Part shown: piece after piece, positions 52,301-61,343 of the stretch
Position numbering within the stretch: the first letter of the stretch is position 1
How the letters are laid out: the number at the start of each line of letters is the position of its first letter
Assembly: GCA_024679065.1 (NCBI GenBank)
Contig: JAGIQG010000002.1
Span: 25,172,001 to 25,236,000 of the forward strand
Direction of reading: 5' to 3'
Length of the DNA: 64,000 bases
Origin: Sphyrna mokarran
Taxonomy: Eukaryota
Notes under the pieces: model-generated
What the model was told of the DNA's origin: nothing
What the model saw: the letters and a program-made list of their open reading frames with translations, nothing else
The model's database searches: none
Position numbers and translations under genes: made by a program

Positions 52301-55300
52301 AGGGAGATAGTGCGCATCTGCATTAACAGTTGCAATAGCAGGGGTCTGACAGACAAGAGAGCCCCTGTTACTGCAGGCTCTTGAAGGAACTCCCTCCCCC
52401 TGCACTCACGAAGGCACACAGCCTGAAATGCAACTGTTGTCGGCCCACCCCCACTGCCCAGACTGATCGCAGACCCCCTCTCCCACCAATCACAGACCTA
52501 CCCCCCCACCAACTGCTGCAGAGTGGCAGCGGACCCCCTCCCCCATTAGTTCCACTCCTGATGGGCATTCCCCAGGTGCCAGACTGACATTCCCCAGGTG
52601 CTAGGTTGGTGCTGCCAATCAGGTACTGCCCAAAGGGCACCTGCTCCTTGTCCTCAGCCTCTCCCAGGGGCCTCAGTGGCCTTCCCCAGTTTCACTGGTG
52701 AAGTCAAGTCAACTACTCCCTGTTCATGGGGAGCATGTCTATTCCTCACTGGCAGGACCTTTCCTGGTGACATCATAAAGGAATAGCCGGGGGGGGGAAC
52801 GAACCCGGACAGTTGAACGCCGGGTTCACTAGCAGATGCATATTAACCTGTCTTTCATCCATTTCTGGCAAGAGGCTGACCGCACCGAAAAATGAGCACA
52901 ACGCAATGATAATATCACCCCCATCGCCTGTCATTTGCTTTTATAGACATCGTGTTTTCAATTTATCTATGTTTTATTAGTAGTTTGTTGAGAGTTTTTG
53001 AGCATTAACTATTAGTCCAGAGACCAAGTAGTTTCATAAGAATGCAAAAAACGAGTTCTATCAAAAATAAATTGTGATTATCTTTATTATAATTTATTTT
53101 TGGTTTATCTTTATAATCTCAGTTAGAATGAATTCAAAATTTGAAACATATTTGTGCACTCTCGATAATTATCTGATTGTCCATAATTCCATTTACAATC
53201 TATATCATATCATCTAGTTGCCAAAAGGACTGGAGAAATGCAAATATTACAAACACTGGTGTTCATAGAAGGGTATAAAGATAACTCAATACCAACAGAC
53301 CAGTCAGTATTGTTTGTAGAAACACCTTAACAAGCTGAAGGTCGGATCTTTGCTCCTCTCTGGAGGAAGTCCTGCCATCAGAGGCTTCCACAGTCTGATT
53401 GACTGGCAGCTCATGCAGTCTCAGTAGTGCCAGAAGTTACAAATGTTGAGACTGCAAGGAGCCCTGGGAAGAAATGTCAGGGAAGTCAGGCCTTTTAGGG
53501 TGAGGAGGAAATAAGTAACCCAAGGGAGGTGGGAAAGAGGTAGATTTCAGAGGCGAGGCTGGGATGAATCTGAATGATAGGGAGTGGGATGGCTTGATCT
53601 TGGGTTCAGACATAGCTCGGCTCAGCATCAAGGGCTGGAGGACCTGTACTGTGCTATATTGTTGTATGTTCTGTGAACATGGGTGAAAAAAATGACGTTC
53701 TCATTCTCAGCCATCTTCCATTGCCAAGCATATAATGATAACGGGAAGGGATTGAGGGCTTTATCTGGCCTTAAATAGGCAAGTGGGTGGGCCAGTGGAC
53801 ATCTTACTCTCTGCCGTATATGGGCAACCCACCTGACATATATGGCACTCTTGGCTAACAAATCTAAAAAATTCTTGAGAGCCCAATAATTCAGACCAAA
53901 ATTAGAATCACATAGATAAATACAAGCAAGAATGGAAACAAATTGTTCTCACTGGTGGAAGGATTAAGAACAAGAAAGCACAGATTTAAGGCAATCATGT
54001 TTAACTAACTTCCTAGAGAAATAATGGAGAGGGTTAATGTTGCTGATTTGGAGTAAATGGATTACCAATGGCATTTGATAGTATGACACACAACGGACTT
54101 GTGAGCTCATGGAATAAAAGGGACAGCAGCAACGAAGATATGAAATTGGCTGAGTGATAGGAAACAGAAAATAGTGGTTGATAAATCAGCACTTTTTGGA
54201 CTGAATAAGGTTTGTAGTGGTGTTGCCAGCGGTCGCTGTTTGCATCCTTGCTCTTCCTAATATTTATTAATGATATAGACCTTGGTAAAGAAGGCACAAT
54301 TTCAAAATTTGCTAAGTATACAAACCGTGGAAACATTCTTAACTATGAGTAGTACATAAAAAGGACATAGACAAATTATTATAATGGGCAGACAAGCGAT
54401 AGATAAATTCAATGCAAAAAAGTAAATAGCAAGGAAACAATAAAAGAATGAAGGTATCATTCTAAAAGAGATGCAGAAGCAGAAGGATATGTGCATAAGT
54501 TATTGGAGGGTTAAAGAACAGTTAGTGAAGCATGCAGCATCCTTGGCTTTATTAAGAGTTGTAAAGTTCACAAGAGCATGGATGTTATGTTAAACTTGTA
54601 TACATATTGATTTGGCCTCAATTGGAGTACTGCATCCAGTTCTGGTTGCCACGTACAGTGGATAGGGACACATTGTTATTGATGGTGAAAAGATTGAGAA
54701 TGAGAAGGCACAGATTTGAGGAAATTGGCAAGAGATGCAATGGAGGCATGAGAAGTTAGGAGTGGTTAAGGTCTGAATGCACTGCTTAAGAGTGTGGTGG
54801 AAGTAGGTATAGTCAAGGCATTCAAGAAGGAATTGGAAAAGATGAATGTGCAGAGAAGAAGGAAGAGAAATGGCATCATTTAAATTGCTTACTTGGAAAG
54901 CTGGTGCAAATATGATGGAACGAATAGTATACTTTTGCGCTGTAACAATTCTATGATGTAAATCACTCTCCTTTAGAGTAGAAGACTGTGCTCTTTGAAG
55001 TCACTTAATTTCCTAAATGCCTTTTGAACTCCTGGCTTTGATTGGATCAATTTCAGTAGTCTATACTTATATAAAATTTCAAACTCTTTCCCTACACACT
55101 CGGGGGAGCCAAATTTTGGTTGTATGTTCCCATCCTATCCACTCTCCATATAACCTGGTGTTGCAATAGTTAAAGTCGGCAAGTGCTTGAAATTAGTGTA
55201 AGACACTTAGTATATGCATGAGATTCTGAAGGTTGATTGTAAAACCTCAATGTTATTGGCAGGCACTGCCTAATTGTACTTAAAGCATTTGGATTATTTA

Positions 55301-58300
55301 CTCAGTGAAAATCCATGGCTTAGTGTCCAAAAGTCAATCCATCATATTTTTGAGTATACTCTAATTCCTTTCTGGCAATCAGAGCTTATGGTGGAAGACT
55401 CTCGGAGAACAGCTATTTAAGAAGTGTTGTAGAGATAAGTCAGGGAGCTACAGACTAGTAGTGTCAGTGGGAGGGAAGGTATTGCAGAAAATTCTGAAGG
55501 AGAGCATCTGTCTCCACATGAAGAGGCAAAGTTTAATCAGGGATAGTCAATGTAGCTGTGGAGAGCACTGAGGTACAGGGTTGCAAATTGGGGAGTATTG
55601 TAGTAGATAGGGAGGATGTGTTAGAAATTCTCGAGGGTTTGAAGTTGGATAAGTCCCCTGGGCCGGACGGGATTTACCCTCGGATTCTCTGGGAGGCAAG
55701 AGAGGAGATTGCAGAGCCTCTGGCTCTGATCTTCAGGTCCTCGTTGGTTACGGGTGTGGTTCCGGAGGACTGGAGGATGGCGAATGTGGTCCCATTGTTT
55801 AAAAAGGGGAAGAGAGACCTTCCTGGGAATTATAGGCCAGTGAGTCTTACTTCTGTGGTGGGCAAGGTATTGGAGAGAATTATTAGGGATAGGATTATAG
55901 TTATTTAGAGAGAAATGAATTGATTGGGGATAGTCAGCATGGTTTCGTGAAGGGTAGGTCATGCCTTACTAACCTCATGAGTTTTTTGAGAAAGTGACCA
56001 GAGAGGTGGATGGGGGTAAGGCGGTTGATGTAGTATATATGGACTTTAGTAAGGCTTTTGATAAGGTGGCCCATGGAAGACTTCTACAGAAAATGCAGAT
56101 GTGTGGAGTAGAGGGTGATTTAGCTAATTGGATTAGAAATTGGCTGGCAGATAGAAGACAGAGGGTGGTGGTTGATGGGAGATATTCATCGTGGAGTTCG
56201 GTGACGAGTGGTGTGCCTCAGGGGTCGGTTTTGGGGCCCCTGGTGTTTGTAATTTTTATAAATGATCTGGGTGAGGGTATTGAAGGATGGATTAGTAAAT
56301 TTGCAGATGACACTAAAGTCGGTGGAGTGGTAGATAGTGAAGAGGGGTGTTATAGTTTGCAGAGAGACTTGGACAAGTTGCAGAGCTGGGCAGAGAGGTG
56401 GCAAATGGAGTTTAATGCGGAAAATGGTGAGGTAATTCACTTTGGCAGGAATAACAAACGTGTAGAGTATAGGACTAATGGTAGGACTCTTAATAGTGTT
56501 GATGAACAGAGGGATCTTGGTGTATATGTGCATAGATCCCTGAAAGTTGGCAATCAAGTCGATAAGGTTGTTAAGAAGGCATACGGAGTCTTAGCTTTTA
56601 TTGTAGGGGGATTGAATTTCGGAGCCGCAACGTCATGTTGCAACTGTACAAAACTCTAGTGCGGCCGCACTTGGAGTATTGTGTGCAGTTCTGGTCCCCA
56701 CATTATAAGAAAGATTGGAGGCATTGGAGAGGGTACAGAGGAGGTTTACCAGGATGTTGCCTGGTATGGAGGGCAGGTCCTATGAAGAGAGGTTGAAGGA
56801 TTTGAGGTTGTTTTCGTTAGAAAGGAGGCGGCTAAGAGGGGATCTGATTGAAGCATATAAGATGATTAGAGGTTTAGATAGGGTGGACAGTGATAGCCTT
56901 TTTCCTATGATGGAGAAAGCTAGCACGAGGGGACACAGCTTTAAATTAAGGGGTATGAGTTATAGGACGGATATCAGCGGTAGGTTCTTTACTCAAAGAG
57001 TGATTAGGGAGTGGAATGCCCTGCCTGCAGCTGTTGTAGATGCGCCAAGTTGGTGGCGTTTAAGAGGTTAGTTGATAAGTATATGGATGAGAAGGGAATG
57101 GTTTAGTTAGGAGGGGCATTGCTTTTTATTTTGGTCGGCACAACATCGAAGGCCGAAGGGCCTGTTCTGTGCTGTATTGTTCTATGTTCTATGTTCTATG
57201 TTCTATCATGGCTTCATTAGAAGGACGTCATGCCTAATAAATGTGATTGAATTTTTTGAGGAGGTGACCAGGAGTGTAGATGAGTACACTTGATGTAGAA
57301 TAAAATTCTACAGTGCAGAAGGAGGCCATTCAGCCCATCAAATCTGCACTGACTACAATCCCCCCCCAGGCCCGATCCCCATAACCCATGTCTTTGTCCT
57401 AGCCAGTCCCCCGGCACTAAAAGGTAATTTAACGTGGCTAATCCACCTAATCCGCATAACTTTGGACTCTGGGAGGAAACCGGAGTATCTGGAAGAAACC
57501 CACGCAGACTTGGGGAAAATGTGCAAACTCCATACATACAGTGCACCAAGTCAGGAATCGAATCCAAGTCCCTGGCGCTGTGAGCTAACCACTGAATTTC
57601 AGCAAAATCCCAAATGGGAGACTTATAAAGAAGTCACATAAAAAAATACACACGGGATACAGAGTCATTTGATGAAGTGGAGTCAAAATTCTTGCTTGTA
57701 TTCTGCAAGCACAAAGATAGAATGGTCAAATGGGCACATAAGCGGCAGATGGAATTTAATCCTGGCAAGTGTTAGGTGATGCACTCTGAAAGGAATAATT
57801 TCACAAGGAAGTGTTCAATGAGGATCATGACACGAGGAAGTTCTGTGGAACAAAAGGACCTTGGCATGTTTGTCCATAGATCTCTGAAGGCAGAAGGACA
57901 TATTCGCAGTTTAGTGAAAAAAGCATAGGATGCGAGAAGCATACCTATGCATTAAGACATGACTCATGGAGTGGGTGGAGAAATGAGCTGATGTGGATAG
58001 GATATGGAGACTGTAGGGAGAGTAAGGGCTGGAGGGCCTTGCTGTTTATTTTAACTTGGAACAAATCCCAAAGCCCTGAGGCAAGCCATTTAAACAGCCT
58101 ATCTAGACACCTCCAGCTCCTGTGACTGCCTCAGAATGTTTTCTCTTAGACAGTGGCCTGACTTCAGCCCACCAGTGTCATCACAGTGAAAATCCTGCCT
58201 TTGCAGGCACTTTCTCCTCAGCCAGCCAAGCCATGAATTTTCCAAACTCCTGCTACCTACCTCAAGCAAAATCCAGGCCCAAATGTTTAAATTAAGGATA

Positions 58301-58663
58301 ATGGAGTAGGACTGGAAAGTAGGGGTGAGATTGAAGATCAACCACAGAATGATGGGGCAGGGTCCAAATACTCCATGGCTTACTCCTGCTCTTCTTTCTT
58401 ATGTTTTCCTATGTAAATATTCCAGAAAGATTACTGGAAAGAAGTTTCTCCTTTTGAAAAGTACAAGGTAGATTTAGCTACTGTTTCAAAATGTTTGTTT
58501 TAATCATTATTACTACTTCATTATTATTCATTCTGCAGGTATATATCTCATACTTTAAAATGTTGTTTATGCAAGTATCCACATCTGGACAAGTTAATTT
58601 TGACAAGAAATGTGGAGATTAACTGCAAGAATATAATTTGCACCATTTCACTGATGCAGTGTT
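4292..58663 (+). CDS. LRRC37: Partial multi-exon gene (6 internal exons, 488 coding nt): LRRC37-like leucine-rich-repeat protein; start and end lie outside the exons found
   Basis: Exons join in frame without stops: [162 protein letters not shown]. The atypical last repeat and CCLC cap match recalled human LRRC37A (..[42 protein letters not shown]..). The gene structure is seen directly; the family name rests on recall. Confidence 0.82.
5690..7170 (+). mobile_element. Degenerate CR1 LINE ORF2 fragment
   Basis: [49 protein letters not shown] and [11 protein letters not shown] remnants with stops and frameshifts. Confidence 0.8.
6668..6794 (+). repeat. Minisatellite, about 6 copies of a 21-bp unit (ATGTAGACCCCTAATTGAGAA)
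   Basis: Tandem copies with small substitutions and indels are directly visible inside the CR1. Confidence 0.9.
7180..9060 (-). mobile_element. CR1/L2-group LINE, 3' part with RT remnants and long 3' UTR
   Basis: [27 protein letters not shown] and [32 protein letters not shown]. The same 3' UTR recurs at 10365-10445 and 14420-14700. Confidence 0.8.
9390..10015 (+). mobile_element. Highly degenerate Penelope-like RT/GIY-YIG fragment
   Basis: HYKSTDSH-like segment and other segments colinear with the reverse complement of 42943-44060. Confidence 0.55.
10446..11122 (+). mobile_element. Penelope-like element 3' end (GIY-YIG endonuclease remnant plus pLTR)
   Basis: [36 protein letters not shown]; 3' UTR with CTGAAGAAGGA..TCCGAAA and the caaataaacc..ttggactttaa..ggcatctccacat terminus. 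Confidence 0.85.
11004..11037 (+). ncRNA. Minimal hammerhead ribozyme motif in Penelope pLTR (3' side degenerate)
   Basis: CAC-CTGAAGA-A-GGA-ACAACAC-TCC-GAAA-ACTT-TG. Confidence 0.55.
11169..11270 (-). mobile_element. About 100-bp 3' end of the young CR1 family seen at 55556-57206 and 60357-61343
   Basis: Nearly identical to 60357-60462, including the (ATAGAAC)n tail. Confidence 0.85.
12601..13551 (+). mobile_element. 5'-truncated young CR1 LINE (RT C-terminal half, 3' UTR, TTCTATG tail)
   Basis: [42 protein letters not shown]..; one premature TGA at 12953; (TTCTATG)3 tail. Confidence 0.95.
17840..18150 (-). mobile_element. CR1 ORF2 fragment
   Basis: [27 protein letters not shown]. Confidence 0.7.
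18590..20535 (+). mobile_element. Degenerate CR1 LINE 3' part, split by a MITE-like insert (about 18795-19545) and a SINE
   Basis: KFADDTKI near 18752, [18 protein letters not shown], then [20 protein letters not shown] after the SINE. Confidence 0.75.
19878..20147 (+). mobile_element. tRNA-derived V-type SINE
   Basis: A-box-like GCAGTGGTTAGCAC, B-box-like GGTTTGATTCC, V-domain TGTGTGGAGTTTGCATGTTCTCCCCGTG, AATAAA/TTTAAAC tail. Confidence 0.85.
20912..20983 (+). CDS. LRRC37: LRR exon B (72 nt, phase 2-2): [24 protein letters not shown]
   Basis: Polypyrimidine tract then tacag acceptor, donor gtaagt, LRR consensus. Confidence 0.92.
22530..22715. mobile_element. Short Penelope insertion with inverted pLTR and 12-bp TSD GTCCAAGTTTCA (22518-22529, 22716-22727)
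   Basis: Imperfect inverted arms of about 60 bp, the 3' half of the hammerhead motif (GAAAGCTAGT), and the GGCATCTCCA terminus shared with 11040-11122. Confidence 0.8.
23480..26520 (+). mobile_element. Cluster of older CR1 fragments (endonuclease and RT remnants) hosting younger insertions
   Basis: [19 protein letters not shown] (EN start), [44 protein letters not shown]; tail ttctatgtttctg near 26280. Confidence 0.7.
24126..25233 (+). mobile_element. 5'-truncated CR1 LINE nested in an older CR1
   Basis: [47 protein letters not shown]; TTCTTATG tail. The host sequence resumes after it (aacaggaagac / tgattattacc). Confidence 0.92.
26525..31235. mobile_element. Decayed PIF/Harbinger DNA transposon: HARBI1-type transposase on + (about 26525-27530) and convergent Myb/SANT-like partner ORF remnants on - (about 28100-30470)
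   Basis: [61 protein letters not shown] and an acidic C-terminal tract. On the minus strand: [29 protein letters not shown] and [15 protein letters not shown] coiled-coil remnants. Multiple frameshifts; TIRs not resolved. Confidence 0.8.
31240..32116 (+). mobile_element. Degenerate CR1 LINE 3' part
   Basis: [42 protein letters not shown], and 3' UTR ending gctcctgcatcttatg. Confidence 0.85.
33358..33429 (+). CDS. LRRC37: LRR exon C (72 nt, phase 2-2): [24 protein letters not shown]
   Basis: Acceptor tgtttgttttccaccag, donor gtaagt, LRR consensus. Confidence 0.93.
35128..35840 (+). mobile_element. Rex1/Babar-type LINE 3' fragment nested in the Gypsy element
   Basis: [51 protein letters not shown], (AAATC)n tail. 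Confidence 0.85.
36462..36775 (-). mobile_element. HE1/V-type SINE nested in the Gypsy element
   Basis: Reverse of the tRNA head, V-domain (GAGGAAACCGGAACACCC) and CR1-like tail (agaatcatagaatc). Confidence 0.8.
38272..38530 (+). mobile_element. V-type SINE (same family as 19878-20147)
   Basis: GGGCAGCATGATGGCACAGTGG head, V-domain, gtgacactaacaaataaacttta tail. Confidence 0.8.
38531..39150. mobile_element. Non-autonomous Harbinger-like (MITE-like) element
   Basis: GC-richer noncoding segment ending AAAATTCTGCCCC. Similar TIR-like ends occur at 42875-42887 (AAAATCCCTCCC), 52113 (GGGCAATTTT) and 58268-58280 (AAAATCCAGGCCC). Confidence 0.45.
41144..41215 (+). CDS. LRRC37: LRR exon D (72 nt, phase 2-2): [24 protein letters not shown]
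   Basis: Acceptor tgctctcttttag, donor gtaagt, LRR consensus. Confidence 0.93.
41703..42503 (+). mobile_element. 5'-truncated CR1 LINE (same family as 12601-13551)
   Basis: [40 protein letters not shown]; TTCTATG tail. Confidence 0.93.
42943..44080 (-). mobile_element. Penelope-like element fragment (RT C-terminus plus GIY-YIG)
   Basis: [32 protein letters not shown] and [28 protein letters not shown]; frameshifted. Confidence 0.88.
44082..44510. mobile_element. Rex1/Babar-type LINE with inverted 5' segment
   Basis: 44082-44138 is the reverse-complement tail; 44139-44510 is forward sequence matching 35355-35745. Confidence 0.8.
44511..46031 (+). mobile_element. CR1 LINE ORF2 internal fragment lacking its 3' tail
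   Basis: [70 protein letters not shown]; contains an antisense CR1 tail at about 45154-45216. Confidence 0.92.
46262..47738 (-). mobile_element. Young 5'-truncated CR1 LINE with uninterrupted RT C-terminal frame and a 550-bp 3' UTR containing a V-SINE-like segment; probable TSD ATCAA
   Basis: 302-aa ORF 47724-46816 ([27 protein letters not shown]); (TTCTTTG)n-like tail at 46262-46292; ATCAA at 46257-46261 and 47739-47743. Confidence 0.92.
48350..51734 (+). mobile_element. Internally deleted Mag-type Gypsy LTR element with both LTRs (48350-48616, about 51477-51734); TSD TCTAC/TCTAT
   Basis: PBS-like TTGGCAATGAAG; gag [22 protein letters not shown]; [15 protein letters not shown] and NLDDI; [20 protein letters not shown]; integrase [10 protein letters not shown]; PPT AAGGGGAGAGGGA. 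The two LTRs are clearly diverged, so the insertion is old. Confidence 0.9.
51980..52054 (+). CDS. LRRC37: Atypical LRR exon E (75 nt, phase 2-2): [25 protein letters not shown]
   Basis: Acceptor aatttttag, donor gtaagt; resembles the recalled LRRC37 repeat [25 protein letters not shown]. Confidence 0.88.
52113..52922. mobile_element. Non-autonomous Harbinger-like (MITE-like) element
   Basis: GC-rich noncoding block in AT-rich intron, bounded by GGGCAATTTTACC and GATAATATCACCC (imperfect TIR); internal resemblance to 18795-19545. Confidence 0.55.
53885..54960 (+). mobile_element. Highly degenerate CR1 LINE fragments
   Basis: Remnants of [38 protein letters not shown] and the 3' UTR. Confidence 0.65.
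55556..57206 (+). mobile_element. Young 5'-truncated CR1 LINE nested in an older CR1 (55380-55555 and 57207-57930)
   Basis: [53 protein letters not shown]; few single-base frameshifts; (TTCTATG)4 tail. Confidence 0.95.
57300..57595 (-). mobile_element. HE1/V-type SINE
   Basis: Reverse of cagtggttagc..gacttggattcgattcc head, V-domain, and tail tctgcactgtagaattttattc. Confidence 0.82.
58539..58663 (+). CDS. LRRC37: Cys-rich LRR C-cap exon F (125 nt, phase 2-1): [41 protein letters not shown]
   Basis: Acceptor ttattcattctgcag, donor gtaagt at 58664, in frame with exon E, CCLC plus three further Cys. Confidence 0.88.
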
Positions 58664-59707
58664 GTAAGTTGCTTATAAATGCTGTTAATAACTATTTTAA
58701 GTACTGGAATATAAACAAAAAATGCTGGAAATATTCAGAAAGTCAGGCAGTATCTGTGGGGAGAAAACCAGAATTAATGCTTCAGGCCTATTACCTATCG
58801 TCAAAGCTGAAAAAAGCTATGATGTAACAGGTTTTAAGCAAGTTGAGAGGCAGAGAAAGGAAAATGCGGTAAAACAAAATAACAGGTCTCTAATAGATTG
58901 GGGGACAGAAAAAGTTAAATGACAAAAAGTATGATTGTGTCAGGCAAAAGCAGATGGCAACAGAATAAGTAAAAAAAAACACAAGAAGTGTCTAGAGGAG
59001 GTGAAATCTGAAATAGTAAAACTATTATCAACAGCTGCTATCCAGAAAAAAAAATAAGGGCAGAATTTATGATCTGAAATTATTGATCACCATGTTGAGT
59101 GCTGTAGGGTATAAAATGTGTAATGGAAAGATGAGATGCTTTTCCTCCAGCTTGTGATGAACTTCTTTTGAAGATTATAGAAGACCGAGGCCGGGCGAGG
59201 AGTGATGCAGAAAATTTAAATGAAAGGAAAGCAGAACTTAGCAGAGGTAGATTGAATGGAGGTGTTTGGCAAAATTGTGCCTATCTGGAATATGTTGTCT
59301 AAAAGTGTGATGAAACATGGTCAATCAAGGCATTCAAGAGAGAATTGGATAATCATCTGAAAAGGAAATATATACAGCCATATGGGGGGCAAACCAAGGG
59401 AATGGTGCGAGGTGTGTTTCTCACTCAAAGAGCTGGCACAGATATGATAGCTTCTTTCTGTGTTCTAAAAATTTTGATGTTCTGTAAATCTGCCTTTAGT
59501 CTCCCAGGTGTAGAGGTAACTGCATCATGAGCAGTGAATATTGGAAAAATTGAAATACAAATTTGAAAGAATAACAGGTGAATTGTTTTTTCACCTGGAA
59601 GGAGTGTTTTGGGCCTCGGTGGGAAGGATGATGGCTGTAAAAGAGCAAGTGTTGCATTTTATACACTTACCCATGAAGGTGAAGGGATGTTGGGGTGATT
59701 GAGTGAA

Positions 59708-60092
59708 CTCAGTAAAGTTTTACAACACCAATTTTAAATCCAACCAATTTGCTAATCCAGGCAAGTTACAGGGCAAAAACCTCACTTACTATGCTGTCTG
59801 GAGAAAATACACAATTCTCTAACCAATGCTCAGGATTCCCTTCGCACACATTGTTAGCCACTTTAACACTTGAATAGCAGGTTAGATGAAAGGATTCGCA
59901 TTCTAATCAGCAATCTGTAACTGTCTGTGTGGATATGAGTGCCTCTGCAGATCAGAACACTGCACTTGCCTGACGAAGGCGCATAGCGCCGAAAGCTTGC
60001 GGATTTACTATCAAATAAATTGGTTGGATTTAAAATTGGTGTTGTAAAAATTTACTGAGTTTACCCCAGTCCAACGCCGGCATCTCTACTTT
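59708..60092 (+). mobile_element. Penelope pLTR insertion with short 5' inverted segment and 13-bp TSD GTGATTGAGTGAA (59695-59707, 60093-60105)
   Basis: 59776-60090 is the reverse-complement homolog of about 375-695; 59706-59750 is an inverted copy of the end. Confidence 0.88.
59966..60002 (+). ncRNA. Minimal type I hammerhead ribozyme with intact core
   Basis: TTGC-CTGACGA-A-GGCGC-ATA-GCGCC-GAAA-GCT-T-GCGG: CUGANGA and GAAA boxes, perfect 5-bp stem II, palindromic AAGCTT in place of stem III, 4-bp stem I with two GU pairs. Confidence 0.72.
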
Positions 60093-60356
60093 GTGATTGA
60101 GTGAAGCAGGGAGGGAAATCATCCCTTTGGAGTGCTGAAAGGGAAGGGAAAAGGTGAAGTAATTGATGTTGGCAGCACATGGGCAGTGTGCTGCCAGTGG
60201 AAATAATGTTAGATAATTCCTTGAAATTATCAACTGTGTGGGTGATGAAGACAGGAGACCTTGTTATAAACAGTACTAGAATATTCATAACATGCAATTT
60301 TAGATATTTTAAACACTAATGTATCTATACCTACAGCATTAGTATTGCAAACATAA

Positions 60357-61343
60357 ATAGAACATAGAACATAGAACATTACAGCACAGAACAGGCCCTT
60401 CGGCCTTCGATGTTGTGCCGACCAAAATAAAAAGCAATGCCCCTCCAAACTAAACCATTCCCTCTCTTCCATATACTTATCAATTAACCTCTTAAACGCC
60501 ACCAAACTTGGCGCATCTACAACAGCTGCAGGCAGGGCATTCCACTCCATAATCACTCTTTGAGTAAAGAACCTACCTCTGATATCCGTCCTATAACTCA
60601 TACCCCTTAATTTAAAGCTGTGTCCCCTCGTGCTAGCTTCCTCCATCCTAGGAAAAAGGCTATCACTGTCCACACTATCTAAACCTCTAATCATCTTATA
60701 TGCTTCAATAAGATCCCCTCTTAGCCGCCTCCTTTCTAACGAAAACAACCTCAAATCCTTCAACCTCTCTTCATAGGACCTGTCCTCCATACCAGGCAAC
60801 ATCCTGGTAAACCTCCTCTGTACCCTCTCCAATGCCTCCACATCTTTCTTATAATGTGGCGACCAGAAACTGCACACAATACTCCAAGTGCGGCCGCACT
60901 AGAGTTTTGTACAGTTGCAACATGATGCTGCGGCTCCTAAATTCAATCCCCCTACCAATAAAAGCTAGACTCCATATGCCTTCTTAACAACTTTATCCAC
61001 TTGACTGCCTACTTTCAGGGATCTATTGACACATACACCAAGATCATTCTGTTCCTCAACACTATTAAGAGCCCTACCATTAGCCCTATACTCTACACAT
61101 TTATTGTTCCTGCCAAAGTGCATTACTCACACTTTTCCACATTAAACTCCATTTGCCACCTCTCGGCCCAGCTCTGCAACTTGTCCAAGTCACTCTGTAA
61201 ACTAAAACACCCCCCTTCACTATCTACCACACCACCAACTTTAGTATCATCTGCAAATTTACTGATCCATCCCTCAATACCCTCATCCAGATCATTTATA
61301 AAAATTACAAACAGCAGGGGCCCCAAAACAGACCCCTGAGGCA
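60357..61343 (-). mobile_element. Young 5'-truncated CR1 LINE, near-identical inverted partner of 56214-57206
   Basis: [69 protein letters not shown]; (ATAGAAC)n tail at 60357. Confidence 0.95.

Larger units (their letters stand above)
58985..60195 (-). mobile_element. Old Penelope-like GIY-YIG/3' fragments hosting a younger Penelope pLTR insertion
   Basis: 59520-59700 and 60093-60195 are colinear with 43090-43385. Confidence 0.55.

Noticed and set aside
4292-58663. Alternative identity as an RXFP/LGR or glycoprotein-hormone receptor, which also have 72-75 nt LRR exons
   Set aside because: The [16 protein letters not shown] repeat and CCLC cap fit recalled LRRC37 better than the YPSHCCAF or YAYQCCAF hinge motifs; no 7TM exon is seen in the window.
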